The position numbers and the translations under genes were made by a program. Shown here in pieces: positions 16,909 to 25,736 of a stretch of DNA of 64,000 bases. The number at the start of each line of letters is the position of its first letter. Position 1 is the stretch's first letter. The stretch comes from Variovorax sp. (GTDB lineage Bacteria > Pseudomonadota > Gammaproteobacteria > Burkholderiales > Burkholderiaceae_C): positions 100,730 through 164,729 of the forward strand of contig NZ_DASQBZ010000022.1 in assembly GCF_035634955.1 (NCBI RefSeq), written 5' to 3'. The notes beneath the pieces are model-generated. The model was not told the DNA's origin, did no database searches, and was given only the letters and a program-made list of their open reading frames with translations.

Positions 16909-19900
16909 CGAAGAAGCTGCTGCGCGCCGTCTTCCATCCGCTGTTGCTCACGCTGCTGGCGTTGCTGGTGCTGGGCTTGCTGGTGTGGTGGGTCGGACCG
17001 CTGATCCGCGTCGGCGAGCATGCGCCGCTGCAGGGCGAACTGGCGCGGGGCGTCACGATCGGCGTCATCGTCGCGCTGGTCGCTCTGCGCGCGCTGTGGC
17101 GCAGGCTGCGCACGCGCCGCGCCAGCCGGCAGCTGGGCGACACGCTGATGCAGCCGGCCCCGGCGCGGCCGGAGCAGCCGCACAGCGCCGAGCAGAAGGT
17201 GCTCGACGAACGCTTCACCCAGGCGGTGGCCACCCTGCGGCAGATGCGCCTGTCGGCGGCCGGCCGCAAGCCGGGCTGGCGCGACTGGCTGTCGCTGTCG
17301 GGCGGCAGCTACCTGTACGACCTGCCTTGGTACGTGTTCATCGGCGCGCCGGGCGCGGGCAAGACCACGGCGCTCATCAACTCGGGCCTGTCGTTCCCGC
17401 TGGCCGAGAAGTTCGGGCCCGGCGCCATTCGCGGCGTCGGTGGCACGCGCAACTGCGACTGGTGGTTCACCGACGACGCGGTGCTGATCGACACCGCCGG
17501 ACGCTACACCACGCAGGACAGCCACCAGGCCGAGGACAAGGGCGCATGGGACGCGTTCCTGGGACTGCTCAAGAAGGTGCGTCCGCGCCGGCCGCTCAAC
17601 GGCGTGTTCCTCAGCATCAGCGCCGGCGACCTGCTGACGCAGGGCCCGGAGCAGCGCGCCGGCCTGGCGGCTGCGCTGCGCGCGCGCCTGCTCGAGCTCG
17701 ACGCGCAGCTCGCGACACGGCTTCCGGTGTATGTGCTGGTCACCAAGACCGACCTGCTGTACGGCTTCACCGACTACTTCGACGACCTGGGCAAGGAGCA
17801 GCGCGCGCAGGTGTTCGGCTTCACGCTGGGCCTGGCCGAGGGCGAGCAGGTCGCGCAGCAGGGACAGGCGCCGCAGCAGTCGATGGGCGCGGCGTTCGGG
17901 CGCGAGTTCGCGTTGCTGCACCGGCGCCTCAACGACGGGCTGATCGCGCGCATGCAGCGCGAGAGCGACGGCGCGCGGCGCGCGGCCATCTTCGGCTTTC
18001 CGGCGCAGTTCGGTGCCATCGGCCCGCTGGTGTCGGACCTGCTCGAGCAGGTGTTCACCGCGTCGCGCTTCGCCCGCACGCCATGGGTGCGCGGCGTCTA
18101 CTTCACCAGCGGCACGCAGGAGGGCAGCCCCATCGATCGCGTCATGGGCGGCATGGCGCGCGGCTTCGGGCTCGAGCGCGCGACGCTGCCGCCGCAGCAC
18201 GACAACGGGCGCAGCTACTTCATCACGGCGCTGCTGCGGCAGGTGGTGTTCCCCGAGCAGAACCTGGCCGGCGCCGACGTGAAGCTCGAGCGCAGGCGCC
18301 ACCTGCTGCGCCTCGGCGCGGTCTCGGCGATGGCGCTGCTCACGCTCGGCCTGCTGGCCGCCTGGGGCTGGAGCGGGTGGCGCAACCTGGACTACCTCGC
18401 CTCGGTGCAGGCGCGCGTGGCGCCGGCGCGCGAGACGCTGGCGGCGCTACCGCGGACCGCGAGCAACCTGGTGCAGGTGGCGCCGCTCCTGGACGGGCTG
18501 CGCGACATCTGGCGCACGCCGGCCAACCGCGACGGCGACCCGCCGCTGGGCATGACGCTGGGCCTGTACCAGGGCGACAAGCTCGAGGCCGCCGCCATGC
18601 TGGCGCACCAGCGGGCCCTGAACGAAGCCTTCCTGCCGCAGATCGCCAAGCGCGTCGAGGACCAGTTGCGGCTGGCGCAGAAGGACAACCTCGAGTTCAC
18701 CTACGAGGCGCTCAAGGCCTACCTGATGCTGCACCAGCCCGAGCATTTCGACGGCGACGCGCTCCGGGCGTGGGTGACGCTGGACTGGTCGCGCAACCTG
18801 GACCGCGCCGTCTCCGAGGACCAGCGCCGCATGCTCGAGGACCAGCTCGACCTGCTGATCGCGCAGGGCCCGCCGCGCGCGCCGCTGCAGACCGACGAGG
18901 CGCTGGTGCGCAACGTGCGCGCGCTGCTGGCCAGCTACCCGCTGGAGCAGCGCGTGTTCAGCCGGCTCAAGCGCCAGCGCCTGGGCCAGGACGTGGCGCC
19001 GTTCACGGTGGCCGGTGCGGCCGGGCCTTCGGCGCCGCTGGTCTTCGAGCGCGTCAGCGGCAAGCCGCTGACCGACGGCGTGCCGGGCCTGTTCACCTTC
19101 GACGGCTATCACAAGCGGTTCCAGCGCGAGGTGCTGGTGGTGACCACGCTGCTGTCGCAGGAAGACCCGTGGGTGCTGGGCCAGCAGGGCGGCACCGCCG
19201 AGCGATTGCGCGAGGCTGGCGGGCTGGACGCGCTGACCGATCGGGTGCGGCGCCTGTACCTGCAGGAGTACGTGAAGGTGTGGGACGCGTTCCTGGCCGA
19301 CGTGCGCCTGATCCGCGCGCCGAGCCTGGACAAGAGCATCGAGGAGGCGCGCATCCTATCGGGCGCGGTCTCGCCGCTGGCCGGCTTCCTGCGCGGTGTC
19401 GTCAAGGAAACCACGCTGGTCCCGCCGGACAACAAGGACGTCGTCAGCAAGGCCACCGAGACGGTGCGCGGCGCGCGCCAGAGCCTGGAGGCGCTGCTCG
19501 GCGCGGCACCCGGCGCCGCCCCGGGCGGCGCGCCGCCCGGCAAGCGCATCGAGAGCATCGTGGACGACCATTTCGAGCCGCTGCGCCGGCTGGTGACGCC
19601 GGCCGCGCCCGGCGCGCCGGCCCCGCTGGACGAGGCGCTCAAGCTGTTCAACGAGGTGTACGTCTACCTGACGGCGGTGGACACCGCGGTCAAGGCGCGC
19701 AGCTCGCCGCCGCCGGGCGACGTGGCGGGCAAGCTCAAGTCGGACGCGGCGCGCCTGCCCGAGCCGGCGCGTTCCATGATCGAGGACCTGAGCCAGGCCG
19801 GCGCGACGCAGGCGAGCGTGGCCGAGCGCGGCAACCTCAACCAGGACCTCAGGCCGGTGACCGAGTTCTGCCAGCGCGCCATCGCCGGGCGCTACCCGTT

Positions 19901-20528
19901 CGTGCTCAAGTCCCGGCGCGACGTGCTGCCCGAGGACTTCGGCCAGTTCTTCGGTCCCGGTGGGCTCATGGACGAGTTCTTCCAGAAGCGCCTGGCACCG
20001 CTGGTGGACACCAGCACCCGGCCGTGGCGCTACAAGCCGGTGGCCGAACGCGCCGGCGTCACCACGCAGGCGCTGGCGCAGTTCGAACGCGCCGCGCGCA
20101 TCAAGGACATCTTCTTCCGCGGCGGCGGGCGCGGCCCGTCCATGCGGCTGGACTTCCGCCCGATGGAGATGGACGCCGGCATCTCGCAGTTCGTGCTGGA
20201 CGTGGACGGCCAGTTGGTGAAGTACGCGCACGGCCCGGTGGTGCCGATGGCGGTGCAGTGGCCGGGGCCCAAGGGCAGCAACCAGGTGCGGCTCGAACTG
20301 AGCCCGCCGTCCTCGTCCGGGCCTTCGGGTGCCACCACGGACGGGCCATGGGCGCTGTTCCGCCTGCTCGACGACGGCCAGCTCGAAGCAGGCGACGCGC
20401 CCGAGAAGTTCTTCATCACCTTCCAGGTCGGCGCGCGGCGCGCCCGCTTCGAGGTGACCACCAACAGCGTGCAGCACCCGATACGCCTGAAGGAGCTGCG
20501 CGAATTCACCTGTCCCGAGGGGCTATGA
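16905..20528 (+). CDS. tssM: T6SS membrane complex TssM (IcmF)
   Basis: ATGA overlap with tssL. N-terminal TMs, Walker A 'GAPGAGKTT', 'CDWWFTDDAVLIDTAGRY', 'RGVYFTSGTQEG'. 1207 aa. Confidence 0.96.
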   Translation: MTKKLLRAVFHPLLLTLLALLVLGLLVWWVGPLIRVGEHAPLQGELARGVTIGVIVALVALRALWRRLRTRRASRQLGDTLMQPAPARPEQPHSAEQKVLDERFTQAVATLRQMRLSAAGRKPGWRDWLSLSGGSYLYDLPWYVFIGAPGAGKTTALINSGLSFPLAEKFGPGAIRGVGGTRNCDWWFTDDAVLIDTAGRYTTQDSHQAEDKGAWDAFLGLLKKVRPRRPLNGVFLSISAGDLLTQGPEQRAGLAAALRARLLELDAQLATRLPVYVLVTKTDLLYGFTDYFDDLGKEQRAQVFGFTLGLAEGEQVAQQGQAPQQSMGAAFGREFALLHRRLNDGLIARMQRESDGARRAAIFGFPAQFGAIGPLVSDLLEQVFTASRFARTPWVRGVYFTSGTQEGSPIDRVMGGMARGFGLERATLPPQHDNGRSYFITALLRQVVFPEQNLAGADVKLERRRHLLRLGAVSAMALLTLGLLAAWGWSGWRNLDYLASVQARVAPARETLAALPRTASNLVQVAPLLDGLRDIWRTPANRDGDPPLGMTLGLYQGDKLEAAAMLAHQRALNEAFLPQIAKRVEDQLRLAQKDNLEFTYEALKAYLMLHQPEHFDGDALRAWVTLDWSRNLDRAVSEDQRRMLEDQLDLLIAQGPPRAPLQTDEALVRNVRALLASYPLEQRVFSRLKRQRLGQDVAPFTVAGAAGPSAPLVFERVSGKPLTDGVPGLFTFDGYHKRFQREVLVVTTLLSQEDPWVLGQQGGTAERLREAGGLDALTDRVRRLYLQEYVKVWDAFLADVRLIRAPSLDKSIEEARILSGAVSPLAGFLRGVVKETTLVPPDNKDVVSKATETVRGARQSLEALLGAAPGAAPGGAPPGKRIESIVDDHFEPLRRLVTPAAPGAPAPLDEALKLFNEVYVYLTAVDTAVKARSSPPPGDVAGKLKSDAARLPEPARSMIEDLSQAGATQASVAERGNLNQDLRPVTEFCQRAIAGRYPFVLKSRRDVLPEDFGQFFGPGGLMDEFFQKRLAPLVDTSTRPWRYKPVAERAGVTTQALAQFERAARIKDIFFRGGGRGPSMRLDFRPMEMDAGISQFVLDVDGQLVKYAHGPVVPMAVQWPGPKGSNQVRLELSPPSSSGPSGATTDGPWALFRLLDDGQLEAGDAPEKFFITFQVGARRARFEVTTNSVQHPIRLKELREFTCPEGL

Positions 20529-20564
20529 CGCAACCCCGGCCCCGCCGCACCGCAGGACCTCGAC

Positions 20565-21281
20565 ATGAAGCGTGAACAATCGCCCGCGCGCGTCGAGGCG
20601 CATCCGTTGCCCGGCTGGTGGGGCAAGCTGCCGGGCATGGGCGACTTCGCCCACCGGCGGCTGCCGGACGAGTTTCGCCACGCCTGGGACCATTGGCTGC
20701 AGGCCGGGCTGCTGCAACTGCGCGCGCGCCACGCCGACTGGACCGGGCGCTACCTGTCGGCGCCGCTGTGGTGCTTCATGCTGGGCGACGGCGTGATCGG
20801 CGCCGGCGCCTGGATGGGCGTGCTGATGCCCTCGGTGGACGCCGTCGGCCGCTACTTCCCGTTCACGGTGGCCGACGCCATGGGGCCGGGCCCGGCCAGG
20901 CTGCATGGGCCAATGCTGGCGCACGCCCGCCACTGGCTGGAGCGGGCCGCGCAATGCGCCATCGACGGACTGGAGCAGGACCTGGACGCGCTGCGTTTCG
21001 ACGCGCTGGTGCTGCAGCGCTTCGGCGACGGTGCGGGCACAGGCGCGGCCCCGGGCGAACCGCCATTGCCGGGCGACGCGGCCGATGGCGAGGGCGGCGA
21101 CGATGGCGCGCAGGACGCGGGCGAGCCGATCGGGCTGGCCCTGCCCGAGTTCGGCCAGTCGCTGTGGTTCACCGATCCGGCGGCGCGCGGCGGCCAGGGC
21201 ATGAGCACCCTGGGACTGCCGCAGGACGAGCAATTCGACGCGCTGTTCGGCTTTCCGGCCGGCGACGTGGCGGACCAATAG
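20565..21281 (+). CDS. tagF: T6SS-associated TagF
   Basis: 'GWWGKLPGMGDF', 'PSVDAVGRYFP'. Confidence 0.9.
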   Translation: MKREQSPARVEAHPLPGWWGKLPGMGDFAHRRLPDEFRHAWDHWLQAGLLQLRARHADWTGRYLSAPLWCFMLGDGVIGAGAWMGVLMPSVDAVGRYFPFTVADAMGPGPARLHGPMLAHARHWLERAAQCAIDGLEQDLDALRFDALVLQRFGDGAGTGAAPGEPPLPGDAADGEGGDDGAQDAGEPIGLALPEFGQSLWFTDPAARGGQGMSTLGLPQDEQFDALFGFPAGDVADQ

Positions 21282-21292
21282 CGGAACCGGTC

Positions 21293-23176
21293 ATGCACGA
21301 CGGCCCATTCCCGCACGACGAAACGGACGCGACGCGCATCGCCGGCGCGCCGGCCCCGGCGCAGGACGGTGCCGGCCTGCTGCCCGTCGGCAGCCGCCTG
21401 GCCGAATTCGAGCTGACCCGCGTGGTCGGGCAGGGCGGCTTCGGCGTGGTCTACGAGGCGTGGGACACCGACCTCGAGCGCGTGGTCGCGATCAAGGAGT
21501 ACCTGCCGGTGTCGCTGTCCACCCGCCAGGGCGACGGCACGGTGATGCCGCTGTCCGAGCGCACGCGCGAGACGTTCGACCTGGGCATGCGCAGCTTCAT
21601 CAACGAGGCGCGGCTGCTGGCGCAGTTCGACCACCCCTCGCTGCTGAAGGTGCTGCGCTTCTGGCAGGAAAGGGGCACCGCCTACATGGCGATGCCGTTC
21701 TACCGCGGCCAGACCCTGCGCCAGGCGCTGGGCGGGCAGCGCGACGGCGGCGCGGGTGAAGCCTGGCTCATGGACATCCTGGACGGTGTGACGCAGGCGC
21801 TGGCCGTCATGCACGCGGCCAACTGCTATCACCGCGACATCGCGCCGGACAACATCATCCTGCTGGAAGATTCGGGCCGTCCTGTGCTGCTCGACTTCGG
21901 CGCGGCGCGTCGCGTCATCAGCGACAAGACGCAGGCCATCACGGTCATCCTCAAGCCGGGCTACGCGCCGGTCGAGCAATACGCCGAGATGCCCGACATG
22001 GCGCAGGGCGCCTGGACCGACGTCTATGCGCTGGCGGCGGTGATGCACGTGGCCGTGACCGGCCGGCCGCCGCCGCCTTCGGTGGCGCGCATGCTCAACG
22101 ACAGCTACCTGCCGCTGGCCGCCGACGAAGGACTGCGCACGCGCTACAGCGCGCGCCTGCTGTCGGCGATCGATGCGGGACTGGGCGTGCGTCCGCAGGC
22201 GCGCCCGCAGTCCATGGCCGAGCTGCGCGGCCTGCTGGGGCTGGAACCCGGCGACGTGCCGCGCCGCGTGCCGGCGGGCGACGGCGACGACGACCGGACG
22301 GTGATCCTGCCCCGCGCAACGCCGGGCGGCGGCCCCGCGGCTGCCCGCGCGCCGGCGGGGCGCGGGCGCACCGCGGCCGCGCTGGCCGTGCTCGCGCTGC
22401 TGGGCATCGGCGGCGCGTGGTGGTGGATGCAGCAACGCGGCGACGGCGTGCCGACGGCGAACGGCCCGGCGCCTGTCGCGGCAACGCCCGGCGTCGGCGC
22501 GCCAGCGCCGTCGATGCCGGACGCCGCGCCTGCCGGGCCTTCGCCAACCCCTGCGCCAAGCGCGGCGCTGGCGCCGGTGCCCGCGCCGCCCCCGGTCGCG
22601 CAAGCCGCGCCGCCCGCCGCACCGGCGCCGGAAGCAGCGCCGCCGCCGCCGGTCGCGCCGCGCGCGGTGACGCCGCTCGAATCGCTGCAGTCGCTCGCGC
22701 GCGGTGCCACTGCCGGCTTCGACGTGACGGCGCGGCCGGCCAAGGCGGAGGTGAACATCGGCAAGGACGCGCTGGGGTTCGACCTGCGCAGCAACCGGGC
22801 GGGCTTCGTCTACGTGTTCCTGCTGTCCTCGGGCAACGAGTTGTTCCTGCTGTTCCCGAACCTGCTGGACAAGTACAACAGGATCACGCCGAACACCACG
22901 CTCACGCTGCCGCGCGCATCCTGGCCCATGAATTCGGGCGGGCCGCCCGGCAGCAACGAGTTCGCCGTGCTGGTGAGCGAGCACGAGCGCGATTTCTCCG
23001 GCACCGGCGTCATCACCGACGGTGTCTTTCCGCAGTTTCCGTTGCCCGCCCTGGCGGCGCTGGAGGCCGTGCGCGGCACCGGCCCCGCGCCGCTGCTCGG
23101 GCGGGCGGTGTGCGCGCCCGGCACCCCCTGCCGGGATGCCTATGGCGTTGGTCGATTCAAGATCGTCGAGAAGTAA
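21293..23176 (+). CDS. ppkA: Membrane Ser/Thr kinase (PpkA-like) with Pro/Ala linker and C-terminal DUF4384-like domain
   Basis: 'GQGGFGVVY', 'VAIKEY', 'HRDIAPDNI', 'DFG', 'GYAPVEQY'. TM 'AAALAVLALLGIGGAWWW'. C-terminal 'GFVYVFLLSSGNELFLLFPN..N'. Confidence 0.85.
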   Translation: MHDGPFPHDETDATRIAGAPAPAQDGAGLLPVGSRLAEFELTRVVGQGGFGVVYEAWDTDLERVVAIKEYLPVSLSTRQGDGTVMPLSERTRETFDLGMRSFINEARLLAQFDHPSLLKVLRFWQERGTAYMAMPFYRGQTLRQALGGQRDGGAGEAWLMDILDGVTQALAVMHAANCYHRDIAPDNIILLEDSGRPVLLDFGAARRVISDKTQAITVILKPGYAPVEQYAEMPDMAQGAWTDVYALAAVMHVAVTGRPPPPSVARMLNDSYLPLAADEGLRTRYSARLLSAIDAGLGVRPQARPQSMAELRGLLGLEPGDVPRRVPAGDGDDDRTVILPRATPGGGPAAARAPAGRGRTAAALAVLALLGIGGAWWWMQQRGDGVPTANGPAPVAATPGVGAPAPSMPDAAPAGPSPTPAPSAALAPVPAPPPVAQAAPPAAPAPEAAPPPPVAPRAVTPLESLQSLARGATAGFDVTARPAKAEVNIGKDALGFDLRSNRAGFVYVFLLSSGNELFLLFPNLLDKYNRITPNTTLTLPRASWPMNSGGPPGSNEFAVLVSEHERDFSGTGVITDGVFPQFPLPALAALEAVRGTGPAPLLGRAVCAPGTPCRDAYGVGRFKIVEK

Positions 23177-23239
23177 TCGTCTGCGCCAGGTGAAGGCCGG
23201 CCATGCGGACGACCTTCGGATTCGACAAGGAGGTCTCGC

Positions 23240-24898
23240 ATGAACAGCCTTTCGCCACCGCCGCCGGCCGCCGCTTCCGCCGTCCGGAAGGCGGCGCTGG
23301 CCGTGCTGCTCGCCGGCCTGGCCGGGTGCGCCGGCATGCCGCCATCCGGCGCGCCAGCCGCCCCGGACGCCGCCGCCACGCCCGCCGCGGCGCCGGCCCC
23401 GGCGACCCCACCGCCGCCGGCCCCGATCAGCCTCGACGACCGCGCGCCCGCGCGCCCGGCTGCGGGCGCCTCGGCCGGCCCGGGCGCCAGCGTGGCCGGA
23501 CAGTCGCGCACCTTCTCGACCAGCGTGGCCACCTACACCTCGGTCGGCTACGACAAGCTGCCCGGCTGGGTGCAGGACGATTTCTCCCAGACCTGGCCGG
23601 CCTTCCTGACCAGCTGCCAGGTGCTCGACCGGCGCGGCGAGGCGTGGCGCAGCATCTGCGGGCGCGCACGCGCGGTCGACAGCCGCAACGACGCGGCCAT
23701 CCGCAACTTCTTCGAATCCGAGTTCTCCGCCTACCAGATCCGCGACGACGACCGCCGCACCGACGGCGTGGTCACCGGCTACTTCGAACCCGAACTCGCG
23801 GGCAGCCGCAACTACGCGCCGCCGTTCATCTACCCGGTGTACGGCCAGCCGCAGGACATGCTGTTCCTGGACGCGCGCAAGATTCCCGCCGGCGCCAGCA
23901 GCGTGCCGGCCCGGCTGCAGGGCAACCAGGTGATCCCGCAGGCCGGCCTGTCGACGCGCGACCTGGGCGCCCCCGGCATCTACGTGCTGGAGCTGTCGGA
24001 CGTGACCCGCGACACGCTCGATCGCAAGGTCCGGCTGCGCGCCGAGGGCCGGCGCCTGCTGCCCTACTACACGCGCCAGGAGATCGAGGCGCGCGGCGCG
24101 CCCAACGCCAGGGTGCTGGCCTTCGTGGACAACGCGATGGCGCTGTACGAGATGCAGATCCAGGGCTCGGGCCGCATCCGCCTCAAGGACGGCGAGGTGA
24201 TCCGCGTCTCGTACGCCGAGCAGAACGGGCAGCCCTTCCGGCCCACGCTGGCGAAGAACGCCAAGGGCAAGAGCAAGACCGCGGTGCGCACCCGCGGCGG
24301 TGCGGTCGAGCTGGTGCTGGACGACGATGACGACGATCTCCAGGCCGGCGACACCGACACCGGCAGCGTGCGCGTGCGCGGCTTCACGCTGGCCCGCCCG
24401 GCCGTGATGGGCGCGGTGGCGGTGCCGGGCCAGCGCACCACGGCCGCGGCCACCGGCAGCGGCATCCAGGACCCGAGCTACGTCTTCTTCAAGGAAGGCC
24501 AGTCCGGAGCCGGCGGTCCGGTCGGGGCGTTCGGCGTGCCGCTGGAGCCGGGGCGCTCGATCGCGGTGGACCCGCGCGCCACGCCGCTGGGCTACCCGGT
24601 GTACATCTCCACCCGCGAGCCGGTGGGCAACAAGCCCATGCAGCGCCTGACGGTGGCGCAGGACACCGGCGGCGCCATCCGCGGCGCGGTGCGGGCCGAC
24701 TATTTCTTCGGCAACGGCACCGAGGCCGCCGCGCAGGCGCGGCGCATGAAGGAGCGCGGCCAGTTGTGGATCCTGCTGCCGCGCGGACTGCCGGTGGCGG
24801 CGGCCGCGTCCGGCGGCATCCGCACCCGGGGCGGCGCGGCCGGCGCAAGCCTGCCGCAATGCCTGGTCGAGGAGGAGGACCTGTGCGTCGACGACTGA
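23240..24898 (+). CDS. mltA: MltA-family lytic transglycosylase lipoprotein with insertions
   Basis: Lipobox 'LAGLAGC', 'VTGYFEP', 'IQGSGRI', 'DPSYVFF', 'SIAVDP..PLG', catalytic 'AQDTGGAIRG..RADYFFG'. Confidence 0.9.
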   Translation: MNSLSPPPPAAASAVRKAALAVLLAGLAGCAGMPPSGAPAAPDAAATPAAAPAPATPPPPAPISLDDRAPARPAAGASAGPGASVAGQSRTFSTSVATYTSVGYDKLPGWVQDDFSQTWPAFLTSCQVLDRRGEAWRSICGRARAVDSRNDAAIRNFFESEFSAYQIRDDDRRTDGVVTGYFEPELAGSRNYAPPFIYPVYGQPQDMLFLDARKIPAGASSVPARLQGNQVIPQAGLSTRDLGAPGIYVLELSDVTRDTLDRKVRLRAEGRRLLPYYTRQEIEARGAPNARVLAFVDNAMALYEMQIQGSGRIRLKDGEVIRVSYAEQNGQPFRPTLAKNAKGKSKTAVRTRGGAVELVLDDDDDDLQAGDTDTGSVRVRGFTLARPAVMGAVAVPGQRTTAAATGSGIQDPSYVFFKEGQSGAGGPVGAFGVPLEPGRSIAVDPRATPLGYPVYISTREPVGNKPMQRLTVAQDTGGAIRGAVRADYFFGNGTEAAAQARRMKERGQLWILLPRGLPVAAAASGGIRTRGGAAGASLPQCLVEEEDLCVDD

Positions 24899-24923
24899 AC
24901 ACGGCGCCGCGCCGCTGATTCCC

Positions 24924-25712
24924 ATGCAAGACACCCTGTCCCTCGACGAGAGCGGCGAACTGGTCCGCCTCTGGCGGCGCCGGCAGCAGCTGTCGCCCCA
25001 AGAGATGGGGCGCATGTACCGCATCGTGGGCGAGGCGCTACGCACCTGCAACCCGCCCGAGCTCAAGGTGCTGGGCGAGGGGCGGCAGGAGCTGGTGGCC
25101 CAGTTCATCTACGTGAAGGTGCTGCGGCTGGACGCCGATGCCCAGGACGTGGGCGCCGAGCCGGGCGAGGCCGACGGCGACGGCGGGGCCGGCGAGGGCG
25201 CGGGCAGCGCGCCATCCAGTGCCTACGCCCTGTGCGCCTACTTCCGCCGCTACCTGATCGACTGCACCCGCGCCAGCAGCTTCCGGCGGCGGCTGTCGAT
25301 CGGCGACCAGGTCAGCGAGGCGCAGCTCGAGACGCAGCTGGGCAGCCAGCCTGGCCCGGCGGACGACAGTCTGGCCGAACACGGCCTGTCGGACGAGGCG
25401 GTGCAGCAGGCGGCGCGCCGATTCATCGCCGGCCTGGGCGAGCCCGAGCGGCTGCTGCTGTGCGAAGGCTTCGGCCGGGAGATGCCCGGCGGGCTGTCGG
25501 GCGTGGCGGCGCGCCATGCGATCGCGTCCTACCACTACCGCGCCGGACGGCTGGGCCTGGTGCACCGGCGCGAGGCGCTGCCGGCCGACTATGCCCGCAC
25601 CGAACTCGGGGGCTGGATCCAGGGCACGCTGGGCATCGCCATCGAGCCGGACAACATGCCCGCGATCCTGCGGGTCTTCAAAATCCTGGGGGCTGAGGCG
25701 TCTTGCGTGTAG
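24924..25712 (+). CDS. Divergent ECF-like sigma factor
   Basis: Region-2-like 'ELVAQFIYVKVL' and 'AYFRRYLIDCTR'. Region-4-like 'FIAGLGEPERLLL...LSGVAARHAIASYHYRAGRLG'. Followed by a single-TM partner gene. Confidence 0.5.
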   Translation: MQDTLSLDESGELVRLWRRRQQLSPQEMGRMYRIVGEALRTCNPPELKVLGEGRQELVAQFIYVKVLRLDADAQDVGAEPGEADGDGGAGEGAGSAPSSAYALCAYFRRYLIDCTRASSFRRRLSIGDQVSEAQLETQLGSQPGPADDSLAEHGLSDEAVQQAARRFIAGLGEPERLLLCEGFGREMPGGLSGVAARHAIASYHYRAGRLGLVHRREALPADYARTELGGWIQGTLGIAIEPDNMPAILRVFKILGAEASCV

Positions 25713-25736
25713 CGCCGCATCACCACAGGACCGAGT

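Noticed and set aside
20525-20575. ATG overlapping the tssM stop as a tagF start
   Set aside because: That frame stops after 16 codons. The TagF frame starts at 20565 behind an AGGA.
21890-22700. Pro/Ala-rich stretches in the kinase and TagH as DNA repeats
   Set aside because: Low-complexity protein linkers without a regular nucleotide repeat unit.
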